Assembly (NCBI GenBank): GCA_965221775.1
Contig: CBDCSU010000004.1
Location: 192,001-256,000 of the forward strand
Reading direction: 5' to 3'
Origin: Candidatus Latescibacterota bacterium
GTDB lineage: Bacteria; Latescibacterota; UBA2968; UBA8231
Length of the DNA: 64,000 nucleotides
Shown: piece by piece, positions 9,894 through 20,348 of the stretch
How positions within the stretch are numbered: the stretch's first letter is position 1
Layout of the letters: each line of letters starts with the position of its first letter
Translations under genes and position numbers: made by a program
The notes under the pieces: model-generated
Database searches by the model: none
The model's input: only the letters and a program-made list of their open reading frames with translations
What the model was told of the DNA's origin: nothing

Positions 9894-12800
9894 ATGCTGA
9901 ACCGCCCTTTGCTCCGCCTTTTGGTCGCCGCCGCCATCACCGCCCTCGCGGGGGCTGACACGGCCCACGCCGCCGCCGGGAAGATCGCAGGCACGGTGAC
10001 CGATGCCGCCACCGGGGCGGCGCTGGCCAAGGCCAACGTCTTCGTGGTGGAGACCGAAAGCGCCGCCGCCACCGATTCCGAGGGGCGCTTCTTCCTCCTC
10101 AACGTCTCCCCCGGGATCTACACCCTGAGAGTCACCTACGTGGGCTACCGCCCCGTCATCATGGAGGAGGTGCGCGTCTCGGCCGACCTCACCACCGATC
10201 TCGAGTTCCGCCTCGGCGGCGAAGCGATCGAGGTCGAGGAGGTGGTGATCAAGGCGGAGCGCCCGATCATCGACAAGAACGCCACCAACGCGGTGCGCAT
10301 CGTCGAGGCGGAGGACATCGAGATCCTGCCCGGCCGGGGGCTGGGCTCGGTGATCAATCTGCAGCCCGGGGTGGTGATAGACGAGGGCGCCCTGCACATC
10401 CGCGGCTCGCGCTCCGACGAGGTCGGCTTTTTCGTCGACGGGGCCGCCGCGCGCAACCCGGTCTCCGGAGGCAGGGCGGTGGCCGTCATCGACGAGGCCC
10501 TGCAGGAGATCCAGCTCCAGGCCGGGGGGTTCAACGCCGAGTACGGGGGTGCCAATGCCGGCATCATCCTGCAGGAACTGCGTACCGGCGCGCCCGACTG
10601 GGAGGTCGGTCTGCTGACCGAGACGGATGGCTTCACCTCCAAGTACAAGGAACGCTTCGGAACCTACTCCTACGGCTACTCCAACCAGGTCCTCACCCTG
10701 AGCGGCCCGGTGGCCGGCAACAGGGTCCGCGCTTTCCTGGCCGGCCAGCGCCGGATCCAGGATTCGGTCCCCACCTACTGGGAGGGCTTCGAGTTCAACG
10801 ACCTGGCCGACACGGGAGACCGCGGCGGACGGATCCACTGGAGCCGGGACGACGATGGCAACGCCATCCCCGACTCGGTGGACCTGCGGCTGCAGCCGGG
10901 CAATATCGATCACACCCGCTCGGAGCTCCTCAGCGTCAACGGCACCCTGGTGGCCGACCTGCAGCCCTTCCAGCTGCGCCTCACCAGCCTCTACTCCGCC
11001 TCGGAAGGGGAGAACAACGGCGCCCCCGTGTACAACATGCTCAACACGGCGCGCCTGTCCGAGTACGAGCAGACGTCGAGCCTGCACAATCTCAAGGCCA
11101 CCCACTTCCTCGGTCCCCGGACGTTCTACGAGGTGAACGTCAGTCTCTACGGCCAGGACCGCAGGGGCTTCGACCCGGACTTCGGAGACGCCTACCTGCT
11201 CTACAACGACAGCCTCGCCGTGGCCGGGATCAATCCCGATTTCATCCCTTATTCGGCCCAGGGGATCTCCCTGCGGTCGTATGATCTCAACGGCTTCCCC
11301 TTCGCCCGGCGGGGCGACCTGGCCGCCGGCTACGGCAAGGCGGAGGAGAGCTACTACGGAGTCAGCGGCAGCCTGACGCGCCAGACCGACGACCACGAGT
11401 ACAAGATCGGCTTCGACTATCAGCGCTGGACCTCTCGGCGCTACGGCGTCAGCACGGGCGGCCTCCGCCTCGCCATCGAGAACACCTACCCGGAGCTGGA
11501 TAAGGTCTACGACCAGTACTACGACGGGACGGTCGCCGCCGGCGAGCTGCTGGACGCCATGATCGCCAAGGCCGAGACCCTGCCCGACGGCGAGGGCAGC
11601 CTGAAGGACTTCGCCGCTCTCGTCCGAAATACGAGCCGGGCCGACTACTTCGGTTACGACGCCTTCGGGCGCCCGGACCAGGGCAGCGGCCTGGAGGCTC
11701 CGCGCCATCCGGTGCTGGCCTCGGCCTTCCTCCAGGACAAGATCGAGTACGGGGATCTCATCGTGAACGCCGGCCTGCGGTGGGACTACTACGACGTGGA
11801 CAGCTACCGCTTCAAGGACCCGCAGGCTCCAAAGCGCGACGACACGCTCTACACGATCGATCTCGACTCGATGACGAAGACGCGCACCTTCAGCGAGCTC
11901 ACTCCGAGGCTCGGGTTCTCCTTCCCCGTGTCGGACGTGACCGTCTTCCACGTCCAGTACGGCCGCTTCACGCAGATGCCGGCCATGCGCTCCATGTTCG
12001 CCGGCGGAGCCCGGCTGGCCCTGGAGCTGGGGGGGCAGAACTTCATCTCCGTGCCCACGGCCCTGGACATCGAGCCGGTGCGCACCACCCAGTACGAGAT
12101 CGGATTCGAGCGCCAGTTCACCGCATCCGCCTCCTTCGACCTCACCGGCTTCTACCGCGACGTGAAGGGGCAGCTGCACCTGCAGCGGCAGGACATCTCG
12201 GCTGCCGCGGAAAACGCCAGCGCCTACAACTTCCTGCAGAATGGGGACTTCGCCACCACCAAGGGTCTCGAGTTCGTCTTCAAGCTGCGCCGCGTGAACC
12301 GCCTGCGCACCGAGCTGAACTACACCTTGTCCGACGCTCGAGGCACGGGATCGTCGATCAACTCGGCCGTCTCCGGGGTGGAGAACAACACCAACCTGCC
12401 GACGATCATCTCGCCCCTGGACTTCAACGAGACGCACCGGGGCAACATCTTCCTCGACTACCGCTTCGCCGACAATGACGGCGGCACCCTCCTGGAGAAC
12501 CTGGGGGCCAATCTGCTGATGAAGTTCAGCAGCGGCCACAACTTCACCCTCTTCACCGGGTCCATCGGCCAGCGCGGTCCCGAGGAGGGCGGAATCCTCG
12601 CCGGCGACGACCCACGCTCCCGCAAGCCCGTCGAGAGCATCAACGTCTCCTCGACCCCCTGGACCTACGAGGTCGACCTCAAGGTCGACAAGGGAGTCGA
12701 TCTCTTCGGCGTCGATACCAACCTCTACCTGTACGTGTACAACCTCTTCAACCGCAGGAACGTGATCAACGTGTATGGCCGCACCGGCAATGCCGAGGAC

Positions 12801-12983
12801 GACGGCTTCCTGACCAACCCGGACCTGAGCAGCCAGATCGTCGAGGCCAGCGGCGGCCAGACCTACCGGCAGCTGTACGAGGCGATCAATCTGGTCAACC
12901 GGCAGCACTACTGGACGACCCAGGGCGGCGACATTCTCGGCGATCCGCGCCAGATCCGCTTCGGCGTCGAACTGGGACTCTAG
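9894..12983 (+). CDS. TonB-dependent receptor with N-terminal carboxypeptidase-regulatory-like domain
   Basis: Signal peptide, GKIAGTVTDAATG, plug motifs (LHIRGSRSDE, GGFNAEYGGA) and C-terminal beta-signal RQIRFGVELGL. Confidence 0.92.
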   Translation: MLNRPLLRLLVAAAITALAGADTAHAAAGKIAGTVTDAATGAALAKANVFVVETESAAATDSEGRFFLLNVSPGIYTLRVTYVGYRPVIMEEVRVSADLTTDLEFRLGGEAIEVEEVVIKAERPIIDKNATNAVRIVEAEDIEILPGRGLGSVINLQPGVVIDEGALHIRGSRSDEVGFFVDGAAARNPVSGGRAVAVIDEALQEIQLQAGGFNAEYGGANAGIILQELRTGAPDWEVGLLTETDGFTSKYKERFGTYSYGYSNQVLTLSGPVAGNRVRAFLAGQRRIQDSVPTYWEGFEFNDLADTGDRGGRIHWSRDDDGNAIPDSVDLRLQPGNIDHTRSELLSVNGTLVADLQPFQLRLTSLYSASEGENNGAPVYNMLNTARLSEYEQTSSLHNLKATHFLGPRTFYEVNVSLYGQDRRGFDPDFGDAYLLYNDSLAVAGINPDFIPYSAQGISLRSYDLNGFPFARRGDLAAGYGKAEESYYGVSGSLTRQTDDHEYKIGFDYQRWTSRRYGVSTGGLRLAIENTYPELDKVYDQYYDGTVAAGELLDAMIAKAETLPDGEGSLKDFAALVRNTSRADYFGYDAFGRPDQGSGLEAPRHPVLASAFLQDKIEYGDLIVNAGLRWDYYDVDSYRFKDPQAPKRDDTLYTIDLDSMTKTRTFSELTPRLGFSFPVSDVTVFHVQYGRFTQMPAMRSMFAGGARLALELGGQNFISVPTALDIEPVRTTQYEIGFERQFTASASFDLTGFYRDVKGQLHLQRQDISAAAENASAYNFLQNGDFATTKGLEFVFKLRRVNRLRTELNYTLSDARGTGSSINSAVSGVENNTNLPTIISPLDFNETHRGNIFLDYRFADNDGGTLLENLGANLLMKFSSGHNFTLFTGSIGQRGPEEGGILAGDDPRSRKPVESINVSSTPWTYEVDLKVDKGVDLFGVDTNLYLYVYNLFNRRNVINVYGRTGNAEDDGFLTNPDLSSQIVEASGGQTYRQLYEAINLVNRQHYWTTQGGDILGDPRQIRFGVELGL

Positions 12984-13002
12984 AGGGAAGGGAGAGCGAT
13001 CC

Positions 13003-16000
13003 GTGAAGAAGCTCATCACCTTCGTTGCGGCCGGGGCCCTGCTGGGTGCCACCGGTGCCGTGGAGGGCCGCGGCCTCCTGGCCTACGGGGCGGCCAAGGC
13101 CGCTCAGGACGAGACCATATCCGGCCAGCAGGCCCTGATCAACGTCAACAACATGTCCATGTGGTTCAAGCGCGACGGCTGGTCGGGCCGCAATCCGCTG
13201 AATGACAACTCTGGTGTGACCTTCCCGCGGTCCACGGGGGCGGTCATTTTCCAGGACGGCCTGATCTGGGGAGGCATCGTCAAGGACGGCAATCCCCAGG
13301 AGTTGCGCGTCGGCGGCCAGACCTACGAGATCGGCACCGTTCCGGGCCGCATCATCAGCAGGGGCGAGGCCGAGAATCGGGACGACCCGGGGGTGCGCAT
13401 CTACCGGATCCGCCGGGACTACCAGACCGCGGACCTGCGTCTCGACGCCTCGGAGATCCGGGGGGTGGCTCTGGGTGCGGTGACCGACGAGCACGTCGAG
13501 GGATTGCGCGCCGAGTACGAGCGAGACTGGCGCGAGTGGCCCTGGGAGAAGGGGGCGCCCTTCTATGACAACGACGGGGACGGCTCCTACGACCCGGACG
13601 TGGACGAACCCGGGGTGGCCGGGGCCGACCAAGTGGCCTGGTTCGTCGTCAACGACCTCGACGAGGGAGCCACCCAGTCCCTCTACGGCTCCCAGCCCAT
13701 CGGCGTGGAGGTGCAGATGCTGTTCTGGGCGTATGCCCGCACCGACGCCCTGGGTGACGTGATCTTCAAGAAGTACAGCGTCATCTACAAGGGCACCGCC
13801 GACACCCCGGACACGGCCCGCATCGAGGACATGTACTTCGCCCAGTGGTCCGACCCCGACCTCGGCGACTACGGAGACGACTTCGCGGGGGCCGACGTCG
13901 ATCTGAGTCTGGGATACGTGTACAACTCCACGGACCACGATCACAGCTACGACCGCTTCGGGCTGGCGCCTCCGGCCGTGGGCTACGACTTCCTCCAGGG
14001 GCCCGTGGTGCCGGTCTTCCTCAAGGACGAGAACGGCGACACCGTCCTCGACGAGCAGGGCGAGCCCGTCCTCGACGGGAGTTCGCGGGCGATCTTCAAC
14101 TTCGGACTGCGCCCCGGGTTCCAGAACCTGCCGATGACCTCCTTCGTGTACTTCGCCGCAGGCTCGGCGATCAGCGACCCGGACCTGGGCGACTACGTGG
14201 GCACGCAACAGTGGTACAACCTCTTGCGCGGCTATCAGCCGCAGCCCGACATCGACAACCCGGTGCCATACACCAACCCCCTGACGGGCGAGGCCACCTT
14301 CTTCACCCTCGACGGCGATCCGACCACCGCCCAGGGCTGGAACGACGGCGTCCCCCTGCCCTCGGGAGACCGGCGCATCGTGCTGAATACGGGGCCCTTC
14401 CAGATGGCCCTGGGCGATACGCAGGAGGTGGTGGTGGCCCTGCTGGGCGGCATCTCCACCGACCGCCTGCGCAGCGTCTCCAAGCTCAAGTTCAGCGATC
14501 AGTTCGTGCAGGACGCGTACAACAACTTCTTCGAGGTGCCCTCGCCGCCGGCGGGACCGGACGTGCGGGTTTCCGAGCTTGACGGGAGGGTCCTGCTCGA
14601 CTGGAGCTGGAACGCGGAGGCGATCGTTCAGACGGAGGGCGATGACGGTTCGGGGTTCCTCTTCGAGGGGTACAACCTCTACCAGCTGCCATCAGCCGAG
14701 GCCCCCCTGGACCAGGGGACGCGCCTGGGCACCTACGACCTGGAGAACGGGGTCGCCTCCATTCTCGGCATCGCTCTCGACGACGAGTCGGGCGTCATCC
14801 TGGAGGTGCCCCTGCAGGTCGGGTCCGATTTCGGCGTCCGGCGCAGGGTGTGGGTGACCCAGGACGCCCTGCGCGGAGGCCCCCTGGTCAACGGCCAGGA
14901 GTACTACTTCGCCGTCACCGCGTACAACCGCAACACCGCCGAAGGGGCCGCGGTGACCACCTTGGAGAGCAGCCCCAGGACACTGATCTGCGTGCCCCGC
15001 AAGCCGGCCCTGGGGACCCGGTACGGCACCGAGGCGGACGAGAGCATAGCCGTCGAGCACGCCGGAGGCAGCGAAGGCAGCGTGGAGGTCGTGGTGGTGG
15101 ATCCGACCCGAACGACCGGGGATTCCTACCAGGTGGTGTTCGGGGAGAAGGAAGGGGCCGTGGTCTGGAGCCTGGTCAACACGACCTCGGGCGAGACGGT
15201 CCTGGTGGATCAGAGCCAGACCGGCACGTCCATGTACATGCCCGAGCACGGGTTCGAACTCATGGTCGCCGACGCCCCTCTCGCCATCAAGGAGTTGGCC
15301 TGGCTGCGGGACGGAGAGCCGAATGACGACGACCGCTGGCTCACCGGGGTCAACTGGGGAGGCAGGTCCTTTGGCGGAGGTGTGGACATCGGGGCGTTTT
15401 TCTTCGGCAGTTCCATCGTCACGGGGGCCGACCTCATCGCCGTCGAACTCCGCTTCAGTACCACCAATACCCAGAAAGCCTACCGCTACCTGAGAGGGGG
15501 CGACCCCAACTACGGGTTCCAGGACTTTGTCGAGGTGCCATTCACGGTATGGGATATCGACAGCGATCCGCCCCGGCAACTGAATGCCGGCTTCGTGGAG
15601 AACAGCGGTTCCACCTCGGAAGACCAGACCTGGCTCCCCGCCAACACGGAGGAAGACCGCAACCTGGGAGGGCGCGAGTACCTCTTCCTCTTCAAGAGCG
15701 ACTACAGCGACCAGCCCCTGGACCGCTACTCGACCATGAGCATACTGGGTGACGCCGGGGCTTTCGACGTACTCTACGCCGGGTGGCTGAAGCTGCGGGA
15801 CGAGCACGACAGCTCCGAGTTGGCCGATGGCCAGGTCATGCGCTTCACGCCTTACCGCGTCAACACCAAGGAGGACGTCTTCCGCTTCGAGGTGCCCGGA
15901 GCCCTCTTCGATGGCGATCTGCAGAAAGAGGATGTGGCCCTCATCAACGTCTTTCCCAATCCCTACTACGGGGTCAACGAGGCCGAGGTTTCTCCTTACA

Positions 16001-16251
16001 GCCACTTCGTGACCTTCAGCCACCTGCCGCAGAGGGCGACGGTCCGGCTCTACGACCTGGCCGGCAACCTCGTGCGGGTCCTGGAGAAGAGCGATCCCGA
16101 CCCGTTCCTGCGCTGGGATCTGAACAATCACAACGGCCTGCCGGTGGCCAGCGGCATCTACCTCGCTCACGTGGAGTTGCCCGACGTCGGCAAGAACCGG
16201 ACCCTGAAAGTAGTCGTCGTGCAGGAACAGCAGTTCCTGGAGAGCTATTGA
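13003..16251 (+). CDS. Large secreted protein with C-terminal T9SS type A/FlgD-like sorting domain
   Basis: Signal peptide, a DNDGDGSYD Ca-binding-type motif, and C-terminal INVFPNPYY...VRLYDLAGNLVRVL...WDLNNHNGLPVASGIYLAHV. Confidence 0.82.
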   Translation: MKKLITFVAAGALLGATGAVEGRGLLAYGAAKAAQDETISGQQALINVNNMSMWFKRDGWSGRNPLNDNSGVTFPRSTGAVIFQDGLIWGGIVKDGNPQELRVGGQTYEIGTVPGRIISRGEAENRDDPGVRIYRIRRDYQTADLRLDASEIRGVALGAVTDEHVEGLRAEYERDWREWPWEKGAPFYDNDGDGSYDPDVDEPGVAGADQVAWFVVNDLDEGATQSLYGSQPIGVEVQMLFWAYARTDALGDVIFKKYSVIYKGTADTPDTARIEDMYFAQWSDPDLGDYGDDFAGADVDLSLGYVYNSTDHDHSYDRFGLAPPAVGYDFLQGPVVPVFLKDENGDTVLDEQGEPVLDGSSRAIFNFGLRPGFQNLPMTSFVYFAAGSAISDPDLGDYVGTQQWYNLLRGYQPQPDIDNPVPYTNPLTGEATFFTLDGDPTTAQGWNDGVPLPSGDRRIVLNTGPFQMALGDTQEVVVALLGGISTDRLRSVSKLKFSDQFVQDAYNNFFEVPSPPAGPDVRVSELDGRVLLDWSWNAEAIVQTEGDDGSGFLFEGYNLYQLPSAEAPLDQGTRLGTYDLENGVASILGIALDDESGVILEVPLQVGSDFGVRRRVWVTQDALRGGPLVNGQEYYFAVTAYNRNTAEGAAVTTLESSPRTLICVPRKPALGTRYGTEADESIAVEHAGGSEGSVEVVVVDPTRTTGDSYQVVFGEKEGAVVWSLVNTTSGETVLVDQSQTGTSMYMPEHGFELMVADAPLAIKELAWLRDGEPNDDDRWLTGVNWGGRSFGGGVDIGAFFFGSSIVTGADLIAVELRFSTTNTQKAYRYLRGGDPNYGFQDFVEVPFTVWDIDSDPPRQLNAGFVENSGSTSEDQTWLPANTEEDRNLGGREYLFLFKSDYSDQPLDRYSTMSILGDAGAFDVLYAGWLKLRDEHDSSELADGQVMRFTPYRVNTKEDVFRFEVPGALFDGDLQKEDVALINVFPNPYYGVNEAEVSPYSHFVTFSHLPQRATVRLYDLAGNLVRVLEKSDPDPFLRWDLNNHNGLPVASGIYLAHVELPDVGKNRTLKVVVVQEQQFLESY

Positions 16252-16262
16252 GGAGACCTGTC

Positions 16263-17291
16263 ATGATTCGGATCGAAAAGAGCGTCAACCTCCTCCTGGC
16301 GGGCCTTCTCATCCTGGGCGCCACACAGGCAGACGCAGCGGGACGTGACCGCATCGGCACCTCCGCGGCGCCCGAGCTGCTGATTCCGGTGGGAGCCCGC
16401 GACATGGCCCTCGGGGGGGCATCGATCGCCACCACCTCGGGGGTCGAGGCCCTGCACTGGAACCCGGCGGGACTGTTCCGGTCCACCAACAGCGTCGACC
16501 TGATGCTGTCGACCATGGACTACATCGCCGGGATCCAGGTCAACTACCTCGCCGTGGGCAGCCACTTCTCCGGTCTCGGCAACCTCGCCCTGAGCCTCAA
16601 GTCGCTGGACATGGGCGACATCCCGATCACCACCGAGAGCCAGCCCGACGGGACGGGGGGCAGCTTCAAGCCGACCTTCCTCACCGTGGGGCTCCACTAC
16701 GGCCGCGGCCTGACGGACCGCATCGGCCTGGGCACGACCCTGCACTACATCACCAACCGGGTCGACCGCGCCGAAGCGACGGGTATCTCCTTCAGCGCCG
16801 GTCTCCAGTACCTCGACCTGGCCAACATCGAGGGACTCGACTTGGGCGTGGCGGTAAAGCATATCGGCCAGCGAATGAGGTTCGAAGGGCCGGCCCTGTT
16901 GAACCAGGGTCACCTGAACTCGCTGCGGCGCGGCCCTTCCTTCTACAACGTCCAGGCGAGCTCGGCCGACCTGCCCTCGATCTTCGAGCTGGGCCTGGCC
17001 TGGAGCCACCAGCTGCCGGGGATGGCAGAGCTGAACCTCAGCTCCGTCTTCCAGCACCAGAACTACAGCTACGACCAGTACAAGCTGGGAGCCGAGTACG
17101 AGTACAACGACTTCCTGGCCTTGCGCGGCGGCTTCGACTACGCCGCCGACGCCGAGGACGACACCTACCTCTTCGGCAACAGCTTCGGCCTGGGGCTGGC
17201 CTTCGGCCCCGCCGCCCGCCTCGACTACGCCTACGGCGGCGTCGAGCGCTTCGACGCGCTTCACACCTTCACCTTCCAACTGGGCTTCTGA
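16263..17291 (+). CDS. PorV/PorQ-like outer-membrane beta-barrel (FadL-like fold)
   Basis: GTSAAPELLIPVGARDMALGGA...WNPAGL N-terminus, RLDYAY, terminal Phe. GAGGAG SD before the ATG at 16263. Confidence 0.82.
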   Translation: MIRIEKSVNLLLAGLLILGATQADAAGRDRIGTSAAPELLIPVGARDMALGGASIATTSGVEALHWNPAGLFRSTNSVDLMLSTMDYIAGIQVNYLAVGSHFSGLGNLALSLKSLDMGDIPITTESQPDGTGGSFKPTFLTVGLHYGRGLTDRIGLGTTLHYITNRVDRAEATGISFSAGLQYLDLANIEGLDLGVAVKHIGQRMRFEGPALLNQGHLNSLRRGPSFYNVQASSADLPSIFELGLAWSHQLPGMAELNLSSVFQHQNYSYDQYKLGAEYEYNDFLALRGGFDYAADAEDDTYLFGNSFGLGLAFGPAARLDYAYGGVERFDALHTFTFQLGF

Positions 17292-20200
17292 GTCCAGCCC
17301 GGCTTCTGCAACGGCCGCCGGTCCCCTGGGGAACCGGCGGCCGGGCCGTCGCTGTCCTGCTCCTGGTCCTCCTGCCAGGGGGGGATGCCGGGGCCCAGTC
17401 CCAGGCGACCACCGGGGTGATCCGGGGTCTGGTGCGGGACCAGTTCGGCACCCCCGTGGCCGGGGCCGAGGTCACCCTCCGGGAGACGGGGACCAACTAC
17501 GAACGCAGCCTCGCCTCGTCGGACCTCGGGCGGTTCACCGCGTCCCTGCTGCCCCTCGGTGCCTACGGCGTGACCGTGCGGTCCCCCGGCTGGAGCGAGG
17601 TCCGCCGGACCGGGGTGCGGGTGCGGGTGGGGGAGACGGTGGAGCTGACGATCACGCTCCTTCCGCAGATGGAGGCGGTCGTCGTCGAGGCCGCGGCGCC
17701 GGCGGTGGACGTCACCCGGAGCGGGCCGGCCACGCGCCTGCCCGAGGAGGCCGTGGGGGAGCTGCCCAACAACGGCCGCAACTTCCTCGACCTGACGCTG
17801 CTGACCCCGGGGGCGGCGATCGTCCAGGGGCCCGACGGAGACGAGCTGAGCATCGCCGGCCAGCGGGGCATCCACAACAACATCTCCGTCGACGGCGCCG
17901 ACTTCAACAACCCCTTCTTCGGCGAGCAGCGCGGCGGCCAGCGCCCGGCCTTCACCTTCAACCTCGACGCCGTGCAGGAGATGGTCGTCGTCCCTCAGGG
18001 GGCCAACGCCGAGTTCGGCCGCTCCAGCGGCGGCTTCGTCAACGTCATCACCAAGTCGGGGGGCAACGACCTGGGCGGCTCCCTGCACCTCTTCGGCAAG
18101 AGCTCGGCCCTGTCGGGCATGGCGAGGCATGACGGCCTGGAGCGGGAGCCGGACTTCGGCCAGGGCCAGTTCGGATTCACCCTCGGGGGGCCGCTGAAGA
18201 GGGACCGCGCCTTCTTCTTCGCCGCCTACGACCAGCAGGTCCTGCGGGATACGCGCCAAGCCGACGCCGGGCGCATCGACCCCCGGTTGCGCGCCTTCAT
18301 GGACTCGAGCTTCGACGGCGTCCTCGCCGGCGACTACGGCCCCATCGACCGCACCGACGACGCCCGCGCCCTCCTCGCCAAGGTCGACTGGCACCTCTCC
18401 CACCGCCACTACGCCACCCTCAAGTACAACTACACCTGGTCCGAGCAGGTGAACGGCACCTTCGATGTCGACTCCTGGGCGCGCAGCGCCAACGCCGTGG
18501 AGAGGGACTGGTCCCACGCCTTCAACGGCAGCCTGGTCTCGCTGCTGCCGGCGGCGGCGACCAACGAGTTCCGCTTCCAGCTCTCCCGCGAGGACCGGCC
18601 GCGGCCCTACCGGGGGCCGGACAACCCGCGCACCGGGCGGCCCTTCCCGGACACGGCCATGGACTTCGAACACGGCTACCGCTTCGGGATGCCCTACTTC
18701 ATCCCCGTGGAGTACTACGACACTCGCGTACAACTGCTGAACAACGTCTCCCTGGCCCGGGGCGATCACCTGATCAAGGCGGGGATCGAGTGGAACCGGG
18801 TCGAGTCGGTGCAGACCTTCATCGGCTTCGCCAACGGCCGCTACATCTTCAGTTCGGTGGACGGCTTCCTGAACTTCGCCGACCAGGGCAACGGCTACGT
18901 GGAGTGCTCCGACGGCAGTGCGGGCGCAGACGGGGCCTGCCCCGCGGGCACCGAGATCACGGGCCCCGTCCTGGTCTACCTGCAGCAGTCCGGCGTCGGC
19001 GGCCTCACCGTGGAGCAGGCCGGCACCCAGCGGATCCCCCAGCACGAGGTCGCCCTCTTCGCGCAGGACAGCTGGAAGGCCACGGACCGGCTCACCGTCG
19101 ACTGCGGCCTGCGCTGGGAGGCGCAGATCCAGCCCGATCCGATCACCGATCCGGAAGACGTGTTCTTCTCCGAGTTCATCGGCCGCGCAGTGACCAACGA
19201 GACCGGGAGCTACGAGTTCCCCTCCGACGGCCGCATCCCCTCCGACCTGGACATGCTCCAGCCGCGCCTGGGCGTGGCCTGGGACGTGCATGGGGACAGC
19301 CGGACCCTGGTGCGCGCCAGCGCCGGCCTCTACCACGCCCGCATCCCCGGTCTCAACCTGGCCAGCTCGCGCTCGACCAACGGCTCCCGCGGGCAGTCGA
19401 TCTTCCGCTCCAGCGCCCTGACGCCGGTCCTGGGGCCGCCGCCGCCCTTCGGCGAGCTGCTGCCCTCGCCCGCCGGCGATCCCTTCCGCCCCAACATCTA
19501 CGTCTTCCACCGCGACTTCGAGAATCCGCGCACCCTCAGCGCCCATGTGGGGCTCGAACGCGAGCTGCACCCCTCGGGCCTGGTGGGCTCCGTCGACTAC
19601 ACCCATGCCCGCGCCGACCACCTGACACGCTTCGTCAACCACAACGACGCCGTCTTCGGCTCCCCCTGGGCCGCGGGCCTGGGGGCCGACGGCGGCAACG
19701 GCCTCGGCGACCTCACCGTGGTGGAGAGCACGGCGCGCTCGCGCTACCACGGCCTCGGCCTCGGCCTGCGGCGCACGGCGGGGGAGGGGATGCGGTTCCA
19801 GGTCAACTACACCCTCTCGTGGGACAAGTCCGACGACGACAACGAGCGCGACCCCTTCACCTTCCGCTACGTCGACCCGACGCGGCTGGAGCGCGAGTGG
19901 GGCTGGTCCGACCGCGACCAGCGCCACCGCCTCAACGCCTGGGCCCTGGCGCCGCTGCCCGGCGGGTTCCTCGTCAACCACCGCCTGAGCTGGTACTCGG
20001 CGCAGCCCGTCTCCGAGGCCTGCGGCGACGACAACCGCGGCCTGGGGCGGGCGGCGGTCAACCCCTGGGGCGCCCTCTCCGACCGCATCTGCGGCGACGG
20101 CACCATCCTCCGGCGCAACATCCTGCGCAAGGAGCGGGGGTTCTTCTCGTGGGACGTGCGCCTGACGCGGCCCATCCCGTTGGCAGACGGACGCCTGGAG

Positions 20201-20347
20201 GCGATCGTCGAGGTCTTCAACCTCCTCGACACCGACAACTACCGCGAGCCGTCGAGCGCCGGTCTGCTCTTCAACTTCGACGGCACCGTGCAGTCGGGCC
20301 TGGGGGACCCCCGCGAGGTGCAGCTCGGCCTGCGCTGCGCCTGGTAG
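17288..20347 (+). CDS. Oar-like TonB-dependent receptor; start uncertain (CTG at 17288 proposed, first canonical GTG at 17417)
   Basis: In-frame signal-like segment RAVAVLLLVLLPGGDAGA-QSQATTGVIRG. Motifs LPNNGRNFLDL, AEFGRSSGGFVNVITKSG, QFGFTLGGP, C-terminal PREVQLGLRCAW. Confidence 0.88.
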   Translation: MSPARLLQRPPVPWGTGGRAVAVLLLVLLPGGDAGAQSQATTGVIRGLVRDQFGTPVAGAEVTLRETGTNYERSLASSDLGRFTASLLPLGAYGVTVRSPGWSEVRRTGVRVRVGETVELTITLLPQMEAVVVEAAAPAVDVTRSGPATRLPEEAVGELPNNGRNFLDLTLLTPGAAIVQGPDGDELSIAGQRGIHNNISVDGADFNNPFFGEQRGGQRPAFTFNLDAVQEMVVVPQGANAEFGRSSGGFVNVITKSGGNDLGGSLHLFGKSSALSGMARHDGLEREPDFGQGQFGFTLGGPLKRDRAFFFAAYDQQVLRDTRQADAGRIDPRLRAFMDSSFDGVLAGDYGPIDRTDDARALLAKVDWHLSHRHYATLKYNYTWSEQVNGTFDVDSWARSANAVERDWSHAFNGSLVSLLPAAATNEFRFQLSREDRPRPYRGPDNPRTGRPFPDTAMDFEHGYRFGMPYFIPVEYYDTRVQLLNNVSLARGDHLIKAGIEWNRVESVQTFIGFANGRYIFSSVDGFLNFADQGNGYVECSDGSAGADGACPAGTEITGPVLVYLQQSGVGGLTVEQAGTQRIPQHEVALFAQDSWKATDRLTVDCGLRWEAQIQPDPITDPEDVFFSEFIGRAVTNETGSYEFPSDGRIPSDLDMLQPRLGVAWDVHGDSRTLVRASAGLYHARIPGLNLASSRSTNGSRGQSIFRSSALTPVLGPPPPFGELLPSPAGDPFRPNIYVFHRDFENPRTLSAHVGLERELHPSGLVGSVDYTHARADHLTRFVNHNDAVFGSPWAAGLGADGGNGLGDLTVVESTARSRYHGLGLGLRRTAGEGMRFQVNYTLSWDKSDDDNERDPFTFRYVDPTRLEREWGWSDRDQRHRLNAWALAPLPGGFLVNHRLSWYSAQPVSEACGDDNRGLGRAAVNPWGALSDRICGDGTILRRNILRKERGFFSWDVRLTRPIPLADGRLEAIVEVFNLLDTDNYREPSSAGLLFNFDGTVQSGLGDPREVQLGLRCAW

Positions 20348-20348
20348 C

